NCBI GenBank assembly: GCA_020137815.1
Contig: CM035361.1
Span: 3,100,001-3,164,000 of the forward strand
Reading direction: 5' to 3'
Origin: Hormiphora californensis
Lineage: Eukaryota > Animalia > Ctenophora
DNA: 64,000 nucleotides
Every line of letters starts with the position of its first letter. Position 1 is the stretch's first letter. Position numbers and translations under genes: made by a program. Of this stretch, positions 1 through 11,940 are shown piece by piece. The notes under the pieces are model-generated. The model had not been told where the DNA came from, searched no databases, and saw nothing but the letters and a program-made list of their open reading frames with translations.

Positions 1-466
1 CCCAATCTGATCTAGACCAGTCTCCCCATAAAAGAGGTTGCTATCTTAGCTAGATCTAAACCCCCTTCTAAACAGTGTCGTAAAGATTTTCCCTTTTTAA
101 AAATAGACTAATTCTTGGACCCTGTCTAAACAAAGCAGCTGATGTAAAGGGTCATCTGCTCTTGCTCTTTCTCACTACATGTTAAAACAGATCAGAGATG
201 GGAGAGAGAGAGAGAGAGAGAGAGGAAGTTTTAAAGTACACTTTGTAGTTTGTACGTGCACGTCATGACGTTTTATGACGTTATGTCTAGTGATCAAGTA
301 AAAAAAATTTATTCAGGACATGAGCGGGTAGCTACACTTACTGTCCCTGGTGTAACTCTAAAGGGGGGATTTCTAGTTTTTTTGGGGTTTCTTTTAAAAT
401 ATAAACCCTACAAAGATTTGTGCTATTTATTGCAAACCATCACCCGGGTCTGCAGGGTTGTACAGA

Positions 467-564
467 CCGGGATCCGACCAAAACAATAACAACCAATCAG
501 AACTGTATTTAGGTCACGTGACGGTTTTCAGGGACCAGTATTTCCTGATTGGGTGGGTTTCCTG
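467..564 (+). mobile_element. hAT-like MITE family copy (degenerate)
   Basis: CCAATCAGAAC..GGTCACGTGAC..GGGACCAGTATTTCCTG core shared with the other copies. Confidence 0.7.
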
Positions 565-1675
565 TACAGAGATATATGAAGGATGGCGGATAAAAGCTGA
601 ACTGTTTTTTCCAACTTTGCTATGGAAACTGCAGAAAACCTATTTAAACTTTGGGGAACTTTTATTTGTGTTAAAACCGTTATGACACCCTTTCACAGCC
701 TCCCCCAAGTCCCTTTAAAACATATTTTACAGAAAGGGCCCGAGAAATAGGGGGCGGTGTTTTTTATACACCCCCTTTTCCTGTATTGGCTATGATCGGA
801 GAAAAACTATCACGTCCCTGTGCGATAGGCTGGTTCTCTCCCCGTCCTTTCTTTTATAAAAATTTTCTTCTTTCCTCTATAAACTTTCTCTCCCTCTTCC
901 CCTTTCTTCTCCTCTCTCTCTCTCTCTTCCCTCTCTCTCTTTTCCCCCCTTTTCTTTTTTTTTTTTTTCTTTTTCTTTTCTTAATACTCGGCATAACTCC
1001 CACTTACTTATACTCTCCCATTTATAATTAGAGATTGGTTGTTCATGCTTGGTAACCATAGCAACCTTCCAAACATAAATTTATATTCCATCACCCTCCA
1101 TCTCTATTCCACGCTAAAATAATATACTTTTTATACCACTTCCAAAATGTACTGAAAAGAAGACAGAATTATTGCAGTCAATGATCAGTAATCTACTTCA
1201 ATAAATCCGTCTATTCATCTTACATTATATACGCACACAGATGTGTATTATAGTGTAGGTAGTACTGGTACAGATTATTGTGCATTACACTGCACTGCAA
1301 CTTCATATTGCACAACTTCATTACACCGTGACGTGTTGTAATAGGGGGGGGGGGCATGACGTGATATAGAGGGGGGGGGGGGGGCATGATACCAATACCT
1401 AATATTGAACACATGTACACTATAATTCCATTATTATACCCAACCCTATATCCAATCCTTTATTAGAATATTAGGTTTACTGCACAGTGCACACTGCAGC
1501 TGTAAGCACGTAAAATCTATAACTCGACACATGATATTCACAATCACATTTTATGTGCTCTGAAGTTTGTGACAAATTTCCAGAAATAAAGACTCATCAG
1601 TTAAATAGAGGAAGTATGAAAAATCTACAGATATACAGAGAGGTAACAAAGCTGCAACAAAAATCATCTGATATA

Positions 1676-1797
1676 CAGTTGGACCCCGACTTACCACTTA
1701 CCAGGCCCCGATTTACTGGACCCCAATTTACCGAAAGGATAAACATCCACCACTTAACGCTGTCCCCCGAGCATCCCAGTAAATCTGGGTCCGACTG
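1676..1797. mobile_element. CAGTCGGACCCC-family MITE
   Basis: Slightly decayed TIRs, TA flanks. Confidence 0.75.
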
Positions 1798-2060
1798 TAT
1801 AATATACATATCTATACAGTAGTCTACAGGTTCTAAATAACAATAAGATCAACAAAAATATCTGTCAAAACTGTCTATCATAGCTGAGAAACATACTTTG
1901 ATCTATGCCAGTTTTGGTTTTTTATCCAGGCGATTTAAGGCAGTACTATATATTCGACCGCTGGTACTAAACTGAGACGGTGATATGTAGTACAGCTGCC
2001 ATTTTCCTCGCCCCTTATTTTGATGGTTTTTCATCCTCAAAGTTCATTTTCTTTACTTAC

Positions 2061-2591
2061 AAACATAATCATTGCCGAGGAATATTGAAAGTATACTTAA
2101 CGCTACACAAACCAATAACACCAATAACTTTGTGTCCTGTGATGTCTCCTTTGCCAAACAGTAAAACAAGATCCCCACAAGGAGAGAAAGAAAGGAGAAG
2201 ATGAAGTATTTCAGGCTCCGAGAGAGGGTGAAACCGAGGGAGGGGGTACATGAACGTTTTTTTCCCACTTCTTCATCTTCATCCCTGATAGTAGAGAAAA
2301 ATTCATGAAATCGAGGGTAGGTATGTATCCTAAAAAGCCACCAAAATGATTACATGTTCCTAAAATAATAAATGAAATAAATAAATAAAATAATATTTTA
2401 CTCATATTAGATATCATATCAGTATTACACGTGTCTTATGTCAGTGGTGATTTGCTTGACAAATGAACGAAGAATAAAATGTACTCTCTTAGTTTGTTCA
2501 TTTCTCGAGATTATTTGTCGTTGGCATAAGAAATAGAGAAGAGGAAGAAATAGAGAGGGAGGGAGGGAGAGAGAGCGAGAAAAAGATAGAT

Positions 2592-2639
<48 letters not shown>

Positions 2640-4429
2640 TCTCCTATCGCTCTCTCGCTGCGAGCGATCATATCTCTCTCTCTCTCTCTCGTCTCTCGTC
2701 TATCTGCCTCGGCTTCTATCTCGTCGCTCTCTCCTCATGCTCTATCTCTTCTCTCGCGTCTCTCTCGCTCCTTCCTCTATCGCTCTTCTCTCTCGCTCTC
2801 TCTCTCTCTCGCTCGCTGTCTCTCTCATCTCCGAGGTCGATAGAGCACTTCTGTGGAAGCTATCCTGTAACATGCACTGCAGCTGCCACCACATAATATT
2901 CTCAGAATATGTGAATCATTCTGCAGAATCAACATGTTCAGTTTTTTGACGAATCAGTGACAGACATGAAATGTGTGCAATGTGTATGTGAGTAAAATGG
3001 CCTGGCAAAGGTCGTGAATTTTCAAACTATCTTGAATAACTATAGTAGGGAGGATATGGCAGGTCTTCTAAAGCTGATAAAGGTAAAATGAGACGATAAT
3101 TCACATACCTTATGCACTTTACTTGGTCCCCATAGTTTGTCCCTCTATTGTTGGCACTGGATTTACTTGCTGGAATTGCAAACTTTATCTTTTGACCTGG
3201 AGAAAAGTGAGTATAAAGGAGTTGATCATGTCGAGTCCTTCCTAACCTCAAAATTTGAAGTTTCTATTCTTTACGTCTGTGAGAGTGGAAAACCTGAATA
3301 TATGTCACAGGAAACAATATTAAACATCAATGAATGAGATCTGTTCAGGATTAACTATGTGTGAGAGAGAAAGTGAGATTAGCAGCCAGAGAAGATATTA
3401 AGAATCTTGTTCCAGAAACAATGTTTAGGTCTTTCGAACTAGGATCTTAGGATTAAAACTGTTCCTGACTTGGTAGTGAGAACCCAACAATTGTTTTTCT
3501 ACTGTGTAGAAGAAACTCCTAACTTCCCTTATATTTCTACAATCTAATTGTACGTGAGGAGGAAAGTGAGAAACTCTCCCTCCCAGTTACTAACATGTAT
3601 CATCTCGTGCAAGAGATGTTGTGATGCAGAGAAAAAGCTTTATTGTGGGGGGATTAGTAAAAGTTTTCACATGCTTGTTCCAACACACACACATTGTGAT
3701 ACAAAATATATAACCGCAATTAATTGAAAAAGTATGATCGATCATATTATCATTGATCATATTCTATAACTCGGCTGTTCCAGTCAATCAAGCGATCACT
3801 GTTAAAACTAAGTGAATTGAAAGGACTTTGATCCAGGATCTTACATGATATATGCAGCACCTCACTGAATATTAACTTTGTATATATGTATGTCACCTGT
3901 GTAACATAATCACCACAGTTACGTACCACGGTTACCATGGCTACCATGGTTACCATGGTTACCATGGTTACTAATTCTAAATTCCACGTACCGTTTGGTA
4001 GGGTTAGGAAGGTGTGAGGGGCATTGGTTGGTGTTCGTTTTGGGGTTTGTGGTATTAAAGAAACAACCGATGTCGAGTCCTCGAGTTTGCAGGGGTGTTC
4101 GGAGTCACTCGCTCCTCCCACTTTTTCTGTTACATTTGGGGTGGAATACACTGGCTCGGGGTCCGCTGTGGGAAAATGCAGTGGTTACATTAGAGACATA
4201 AATATTGTAAATCCAGTTTTCATAGCAATATTTTTCACTAGTAATGAAGGCTATTATTTACTTCCCAGCCGATTTCATTAGAACACTTCCCACCTGGTTT
4301 CACAACGATTCTTGTGGAGCTACTAGACGACGTAGGAGCGTTGTTTTCTTCCTGGTCCTCTACTCGTATCGGTTCTTCAACGTCTGGTCTAGAGTTCTCA
4401 AAGACTAGTGATCCTTCAATGTCTGTCAT
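2061..4429 (-). CDS. Probable multi-exon gene for an unknown membrane protein (exons 4429-4294, 4165-3992, 3196-3109, 2284-2061; 3' part unresolved)
   Basis: GT-AG introns with matching phases (1,1,2,1); a disordered acidic/Ser-Pro-Thr N-terminus is followed by two hydrophobic helices (YFIFSFLSLLVGILFYCL; LLVLLVCVALSILSIFLG). No family recognised. Confidence 0.55.
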
Positions 4430-4767
4430 CTCATTGTGTCATGCTGTCACGGGGAGCTTTTTTCTTTTGAAAATTGAAAAATTTTGCAAATGAACACAAC
4501 TTGTGTTAGGGTCGGCCGCGGCACACACCTACGGCAAACTTGCTTTGGGCTCGTTGGAAAGAGGGCATCGAGTTTTCAGTTTGTTCTGAAAAGCCCAAGA
4601 AACTTGAAATCGGTGCAAAATGTGCGTTTTAAAATCTTAAAAGCTGAGCTTAGACAAAGTTTTACTGTCTACTAGACCCCTTTTGATACAATCACATTAA
4701 ATTTCGAAAATTCAACCGCTGCCATGTTATATATAAAATTTCCGAGTTTAATTCCGAGTTAAATTTC

Positions 4768-5511
4768 GGGCGCGATTATAATCTGGGTGCCTTGCAGCCT
4801 GTTTACAGGTGCGCGCTACCAAAAGAGTATACTTAGACCGACTTTTTTCAAACGGCTATAGCCATGGAACCACATGGCCGATTTTAGTAAACTAAACGGT
4901 TATGGCGGCGCATTGACGCAAAATCAAAAAAGTAAAAAACGTAAAAAAAAATAAAAAACGTGTTTCAAAAAACATGTTTTTAAAAAAATATGTTTTCGAA
5001 AATTTTGATTTTGCGTCAATGCGCCACGTAAGCCGGCTCAATGACGCAAAATCATTTTTCGAAAAATTTGATTTTGCGTCAATGCGCCACGTCGCCGGCT
5101 CAATGACGCAAAATCAACATTTTCGAAAACATGTTTTTTTTTCCCAAAATTTTGATTTTGCGTCAATGCGCCGTCCACGTGGCGCATTGACGCAAAATAA
5201 AAATTTTCGAAAACATGATTTTGCGTCATTGAGCCGGCTTACGTGGCGCATTGACGCAAAATCAAAATTTTCGAAAACATGTTTTTTTAAAAACATGTTT
5301 TTTGAAACACGTTTTTTTTTTTTCATGTTTTTATTTTTTTTATTTTGCGTCAATGCGCCGCCATAAACGGTATCAGTTAGAGAATCGATAGCCCTAACCG
5401 ATAACCCCAAACCAAACCCTAACCAGACCCTAACGGATAGCCCTAACCCGTCGCGCGCGCCAAAACTACGAATTGTTAGCAATGAAAGGCACCCAGATTT
5501 TAACGTTTTCC
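4768..5511. mobile_element. Non-autonomous TIR element with a 9-bp TSD (MULE/Merlin-like), hosting a nested foldback
   Basis: TTAAATTTC direct repeat at 4759-4767 and 5512-5520; GG..CC termini; subterminal inverted repeat AATCTGGGTGCCTT / AAGGCACCCAGATT. Confidence 0.7.
4901..5365. mobile_element. Palindromic foldback element built of TTTTGCGTCAATGCGCC repeats
   Basis: TATGGCGGCGCATTGACGCAAAA terminal inverted repeats flanked by an AACGGT direct repeat. Confidence 0.8.
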
Positions 5512-7307
5512 TTAAATTTCCGAGTTGGGCTTTTTAAAATATGAAAAAATAAAATTGAAACAAAAAAAAATCGAAACTTCGAATAACTGCATTATGTTTC
5601 ATAATGCTAATAATTTCCCCGCCAACCTTTATTCTCATAACCATCTGGTAAACGCACACAAAAGACCTTACCCGTCTTCGTGTTATTAGCCATGATGCGC
5701 CACCCTGTATCCCCACCCAGTTTTGTCCAGTGTGGCTGGTTTTCTTGACATTATATGATTTATTGCGGCGCAAGCCACTGCCAGCGGCAGTTTTGATTGA
5801 TTGATTGATTGATTGATCTAATGTGAAGGCGGGACAGACATTTCCGATCATTTATGAATCACTCAAACCGTGTAGAACAAATCATTGTGTTTTAGTAGCA
5901 CTAAATTGCGCGCCACATTGCGTGGCTCATATCTCCTGAAAAGTGACAACGTGCCATTGAAGTATTTGATGAAGGAGCAACACCGTTGTCCCTCGCAACT
6001 AATCGGGTTACGTCACGGGACAAAAAAAGCGTGACACTTCACTAGTATGTAAACTTGTCGAATTCTTAACCCCTATGCCTTTTTGCAAAAGGCATCCGGG
6101 TGAATGCCTTCGGCATTCACCCGGGCGGGGAAAAAATAAAATTGAAACAAAAAAAAATCGAAACTTCGAAATAAAAAAAGCGCGAGCGACGCGACGCGCG
6201 GTCAGATTTCGCAGCGCTAAAACGAATAGATTCGCGCCCTCCGCAAAACCAAATTACTTATTTTTATTTTCGAAATCAAAACTTAACCGCGATTTCAAAA
6301 AATATAAATTCAAAATTTAAAATGAGGGTTTTCTGAAAATAAAAGTTTCCTGAAAATGACCAGTTGGCAGTTCCTGTTGAAAAGCGCTGCCTTATCCCGG
6401 GCCAGCAGCGTTTGCCAACAGTTTCTGATGAGACTTCATCCTGATTCCTAGGGATTGGGATTCCTGACGGATTCAACCTGCCAGTCTGCCAATCAGTGCG
6501 AATATTAAAGCTGAAACACTAATGGACATGTTCTGTCCTGGCTTATGATCTGAACTCTGACATACATGTAGTATGGATGTTCAGGTGTTTCATGCAAACG
6601 CCCCATCGCACTTTTGACTTGTGACTTGAAGGTGCCAACTGGCAAGTGGCAACTGCCAATAACTGTGTGTATGTGAAGCCTGAAGGGTACAAGAAGTGAA
6701 GCAGGGGTCCTTCACGCCGTTGGTATTATCCATATTAATATCCACATCATGTGGACCACATGATGTGGACCACATCGTCCATCCATTTCATCGTCACCTC
6801 TCCGTTTCACTTGAGAGGTGTCAGGTGTGCAAGGTTTTGGAGTGGCCGGCCCAGGAAGCTCTGTTGAAAGCACATTGAATATATTACGCCAAAACCATGT
6901 CCTTCATGGAAGGATAAAGATCCAGTTTAGCCTGCCCAGATCAACATTTGTTGCACTTCGCGTCCGGAGAAGAGTGATTCCTTTCAGGATAGAAGATGTA
7001 GACATTACAAACACGTGAAGGAGTTTTATAATTTGCTGTCTTTTTGTAAAGTCCAGTTTTTAAAGTTGCTTTGGGACATATCGAAGGCTGTGTAGTTTGC
7101 AAAGATACGGTGCCACACTCCATCTTCTTCTGAAAAAAGTTGAGTTCATTTTTATTCAACTGTTCAGGCCTCAACTCGTGCGATATTTTAATTTACTCTG
7201 CGCACACATGTGATAGACGCACAAAACGATTCCGTGCATGACTTTGGGGGTGAACAGTTGAAAAAAGGACTTTATGCAGGTTCGAGGACGAAACGGTAAA
7301 ACAAGTA

Positions 7308-8600
7308 GGGGAGCCACAGGTAATATGGGATACCTAACAACTTTTGGCCATAATTTTTTTTCAGATGACAATAAAGTCACGCCGTCTTCATAGGTGTGTC
7401 TTATCTGGACCAAGCTAACACATTACCACCAAAATTACCCCAACGAATGCTCCATAACGGAGATCTGGCACTATCCCATATTACCTTGAAAATTTGCAGT
7501 GGAATTTTAGTTTGGTGAAATGGGATACCCATTTTTAACGAAAATGGGATATCCCATTTTATCAAAAAATTGGTATCCCATTTTATCAAAATTATTTTTT
7601 CGTCAGAATATGGTAACCTTATTGCACTTTGCTTGGATTAAACTAGTTTGTAATGGTATTTAAGTTTTGTTTATAATTAGTAAGTGGTCTGAAGACTCCC
7701 GCTATAGCCGACAGCCGTGAAATCATGAAAAGTTAGGAACAATCTACCTAATTTATTCACCAACGGGTGGCTAAAGCCTCATTTAACACTACTAATTTCA
7801 ACAGAAGGGGTAAAAGCGTGAACAGGTTCATTTCCTAGCGCGGTGCTACCTGTATAATAATTCCAGACAGGTCCAAAGTTTAGAAATTCTCTAAAAATTG
7901 CTAAAGAATTGGGGACCAAAGAGTTGATCGTTAACACATAAATGTGGATAATATTTAGTAATTTTGCTAAACTAAGAAAGCTACACGGATACCAGAAACC
8001 TTTTGGTGTCTATAATAGAAGATTAGATAAATGAGAATTGAATAATTATACCCATATGTGTAGTCGTATTCCGCAGTTGTCACTCGGTGCATTTTTTTCA
8101 GAGAATACAAGTTTTTTCGAGTTACGAGCGAAAATAAGCTTTATTAATAATCGTAAAGTTAGTTCTGAGAAATTTGCGTTTGAAATGGCCGTTTAAACAG
8201 CCAAAATTTCAGTATCCCATTTTTCCAAAACATGTTTTGGAAAAATGGGATAGTGAAATTTTGGTAAAATGGGGTATCCCATTTCAGTAAAATAAAAGTA
8301 TCCCATTATACCAAAATCATGAGTTTCTATAATTAGCTAATTATAATTAGACACGTTCATTCTGATGCTCTGATCTCTTCAGGTATCGCTAATAAATATC
8401 TTGCTCATAAACTAAGCCGATCGATAGGTTCTCAAGGAAACAGAGACGTGTGTACCAAATGAAAAAAGTGGCCTGATTTTTTACTATCCGTATTTTAAGA
8501 TGACGAGGGTGCTACTGTACCATGTAAACATATCCCACCAAGGCTATAAACGGTTTCAGAACTAATCTAAGATCACTAATAAGAGTTATTAACTATTGGG
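7308..8600. mobile_element. Non-autonomous relative of the 49259-52241 pogo element (right end lost in the low-quality block)
   Basis: TA plus an identical TIR at 7308; 7308-7590 matches 49259-49545 and about 8230-8520 matches about 51795-52085; no transposase between them. The end coordinate is approximate. Confidence 0.85.
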
Positions 8601-11600
8601 TGGAAAAAATTTTTTAAAAAATTTTTTTTTGGGAAAAAAAATTTTTTTTTTTGGGGGTTTTTAAAAAAAAAAAAATTTTTTTTAAAAATTTTGGGGGGGG
8701 AAAAAAAAGGGGGGGAAAAAAAATTTTAAAAAAAACCCCCTTTTAAAAAAAAGGGGGGTTTTTTTTTTTAAAAAAATTTTTTAAAAGGGGTTTTTTTTCC
8801 CTAAAAATTTTTTTTAAAACCCCCCAAATTTTCCCCGGGAAAAAATTTAAAAAAAAATTTTTTTTTTTTTTAAAAAAAAAAGGGGGGAAAAAAAAAATTT
8901 TTAAAAAAACAAAAAAAAAACCCCCCCCCTTTTTTTTTAAAAAAAAATTTTTTTAAAAAAAAATTTTTTCCAATTTTAAAAAAATTTTTTTTTAAAAAAT
9001 TTTTTTTTTTTAAAAAAATTTTTTAAAAAAAAAAATTTTAAAAGGGGGGGGGGGAAAAATTTTTGGAAAAAAAAAACCCCCCAAAAATTTTTTTAAAAAA
9101 AAAAAGGGGGGAAAAAAAAGGGGGGGGGGGGGGGAAAAAAAAAAAAAAAAAAAAAAAAAAAGGGGGGAAAAAAAGGGGGGGGAAAAAAAGGGGAAAAGGG
9201 GGGGGAAAAAACCCAGAAAAAAAGGGGGGGGAAAAGGGAAAAGAAAAGGGAAAGGAAAAAAAAAAAAGGGGGAAAAGAAAAAGGGGGGGCAAAAAAGGGG
9301 GGGGGGAAAAATTTTTAAAAAAAAAAATAAAAAAAAAAGGGAAAGGGGGAAAAAAAAAAAAATTTTTCCATTTGCCCCTTTTTAAATTTTTTCCCCCCTT
9401 TCCCCTTTTTTTCCTTTTTTTTTCCCTTTTTTTTTTTTTTTTAAATTTCCCCCTTTTTTTTTTTTTTTTTTTTCCCCCCCTTTTTTTAAACCCCCTTTTT
9501 TCCCCCTTTTTTTTTTTTTTTTTCCCCCCTTTTTTTTAATTTTTAAAAAGGCCCATTTTTTTGGTTTTTTTTTTTAACCTTTTTTTTCCCCCCCCTTCTA
9601 TTTTTTTTTTTCCCCCCCCCCTTTTTGGGGGGCCCCCCCCAAAAAAAAAAAAAAAAATTTTTTTTTTTTAAAAAAACCTTTTAAATTCCCCCTTTTTAAA
9701 AAAAAAATTTTTTTTTTTTTTCCCCCCAAAGGTTTTTTTTTTTTTTTGGGGGGTTTTTTTGGCCCCCCCCAAAAAATTTTTTTCCCCCGGGGGAAAAAAA
9801 AAAAGGGAATTGGGGGGGAAAAAACCCCTTTTTTCCCGGGAAACCCCCCAAAAAAACCCCCAAAAACCCCCAAAACCCCTTTAAACCCCCCCCCTTTCCC
9901 CTTTTCCCCCCCTTTTTCCCCCTTTTTTTTTTTTCCCCCCGGCCCCCCGGGGGAAAAAAAAGGGGGGAAAAAAAAAAAAAAAAAAAATTTTGGGCCGGGG
10001 CCGGAAAGGGGGGGGGTTTTTTCCCCCCCCCCCGGTTTTCCCCCCCAAAAAAGGGGTTTTTTTTTTCCCCCTTTTTTGGGTTTTCCCTTTTCCCCCCGGG
10101 GCCCCCCCCCCCCCCCCCGGGGGACCCCCAAAAACCCCAATTTTTTTTTTTTCCCCCTTTTTTCGGGGGAACTTTTTTTTCCCCCCGGGGAATTTTTAAA
10201 TTCACCCTTTTTTTTTTTTTCCCCCCAAATTTTTTTTTTAAAAATTTTTTGGGGTTTTTGTTTTTTAAGGGGGCCCCCCAATTGTTTATTTTTTTTTTTG
10301 GGCCTTTTTTGGGAATTTTTTTTTTTTTTAAAGGGGGGGCCCCCCGGGGGGGAGGGGGGGTTTTTTTTTTTAAAAAAGGAAAAAAAAGGAGAAAAAAAAA
10401 AAAAAACCCCAAAAAATTTAAAAAAACTTCCCCCGGGGTTTTTTTTGGGTTTCCCTTTTTTTAAATTTTTTCCCCTTTTTAAAATTTTTGGGGGTTGGGG
10501 GGGTTTTTTTTTTTTTTGGGGGCCCCCTTTTAAACCCCTTTTTTTTGGGAACCGGGTTTTCCCCCCCTTTTTTTTTTTTTTTTTTTGGGCCCCTTTTCCC
10601 CCCTTTTGGGGGAAAAACCCCCCCCGGGCCCCTTTTTTTAAAAAAAAGGGGGGGGGCCCCGCCCCCCCCCCCCGGGGGGGGGGCCCCGGGGAAAAAAATT
10701 TTTTTTTTTTTAAAAAAAAATTTTTTTGGGGGGGGGAAAAAAAAAGGGGGGGGTTTAAAAAAATTTTTTTGGGGGGGGGGAAAAAAAAAAAAAAGGGGTT
10801 TAAAAAAAAAAAGGGGGGTTTTGGGGGAAAAAAAAACCCCCCCCAAAAGAAAAAATTTTTTTTTTTTCCCCCCCCCTTTTTTCCCCCTCTTCCTTTTTTT
10901 TCCCCCCCCCCCCAAAAAATTTTTTTCCCTTTTTTTTTAACCCAAATTTTTCTTTTTTTTTGGTTTTTTAGTTTTTTTTGTTTTTTTGGAATTTTAAGGG
11001 AACCCCTTGGGGAAAAAACCCCCCCCTCTTTTTTAAAACTTACTTTTTTTTTTTTAAATTTTAAACCTTCCCATGCTTTTTTAAAAAAAAAAAAATTTTT
11101 TTCCCCCCCCCCCTTTTTTAAAAAAAAAATTTCCCCAAAAAAATCGGGGGGGGGTTTACAGGGGAAAAGAAAAATTTAAAAAAAAAAAAGAAAATAAATT
11201 TTGGGGGGGGGTTTTTTTGGGGGGGGGGAAAAAATTTGGGAAGGGGAATATAAACCCCCCCTTAATTTTTTCTTTTTTAAATTTTTTATTCCAGGTTTTT
11301 TCAATTTTTTTTTTTTTGTTTTTTTTCCTTGGGGCCTCCCCTTTTTTTCATTGTGGTTACCTTTTAGGGGGTTAAAAAGGGAAAAAAAAAATAAAAAAAT
11401 ATAAAAAAAAAGGAAAAAAAGGGGAAAAAGGGGAGAAAAAAGGGGAAAGGGGGGCAAGTTAAAAGGGGGGAAAAAAAAAAAAGGTTTTTAAAAAGGGGGG
11501 GGGAAAAAAGGGGGGGGGAAAAAGGTTAAATGTTTCCCCCCTTTTTCAAAAAAATTTTTGGGGCCCTTTACCCCCCCCAAAAGTGAAAAAAAAAAAAAAA

Positions 11601-11940
11601 AACCCAAAAAACCGGGAAAAAAACAAAAAAACCCCCCCGGGAGGGGAAAATAAAAAAAAAAAAAAAAGGGGGGAGAGGGGAAGGGAAAAAAAAGGGGAGA
11701 GGGGGGAAGAAAAGGGGACGAGGAGAGGAGAAGGAGGGAAGGAAAAAGGAGGGGGAGAGAGAAAGAGAGAAAAAGGAGAGAGGGGGGAAAAGGGGAGGGG
11801 GGAGAAGGGGGGAGGGGATTTTGGGGAAAAAAAAAAGGCCCCCAAAGGGGGGGGGGGGGTTTTTTTTTTTTTCCCCCCCCCTTTTTTTCCCCCAATCAGT
11901 AAAAGAAAATAGGAAGGTGGCCCCCAAAAACCCAAAATTC
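8600..11940. other. Low-quality homopolymer-run block, probably a sequencing or assembly artefact
   Basis: Made almost entirely of A/C/G/T runs with no periodicity; it starts inside a transposon copy and fades back to normal sequence. Confidence 0.85.

Noticed and set aside
5390-5450. CCCTAACC motifs as a telomere
   Set aside because: Few, interspersed and internal to a TSD-bounded element.
8600-11940. Long K/G/F/P-rich ORFs (up to 477 aa) and apparent exotic low-complexity DNA
   Set aside because: The frames stay open only because homopolymer runs lack stop codons; the pattern is typical of failed base-calling.
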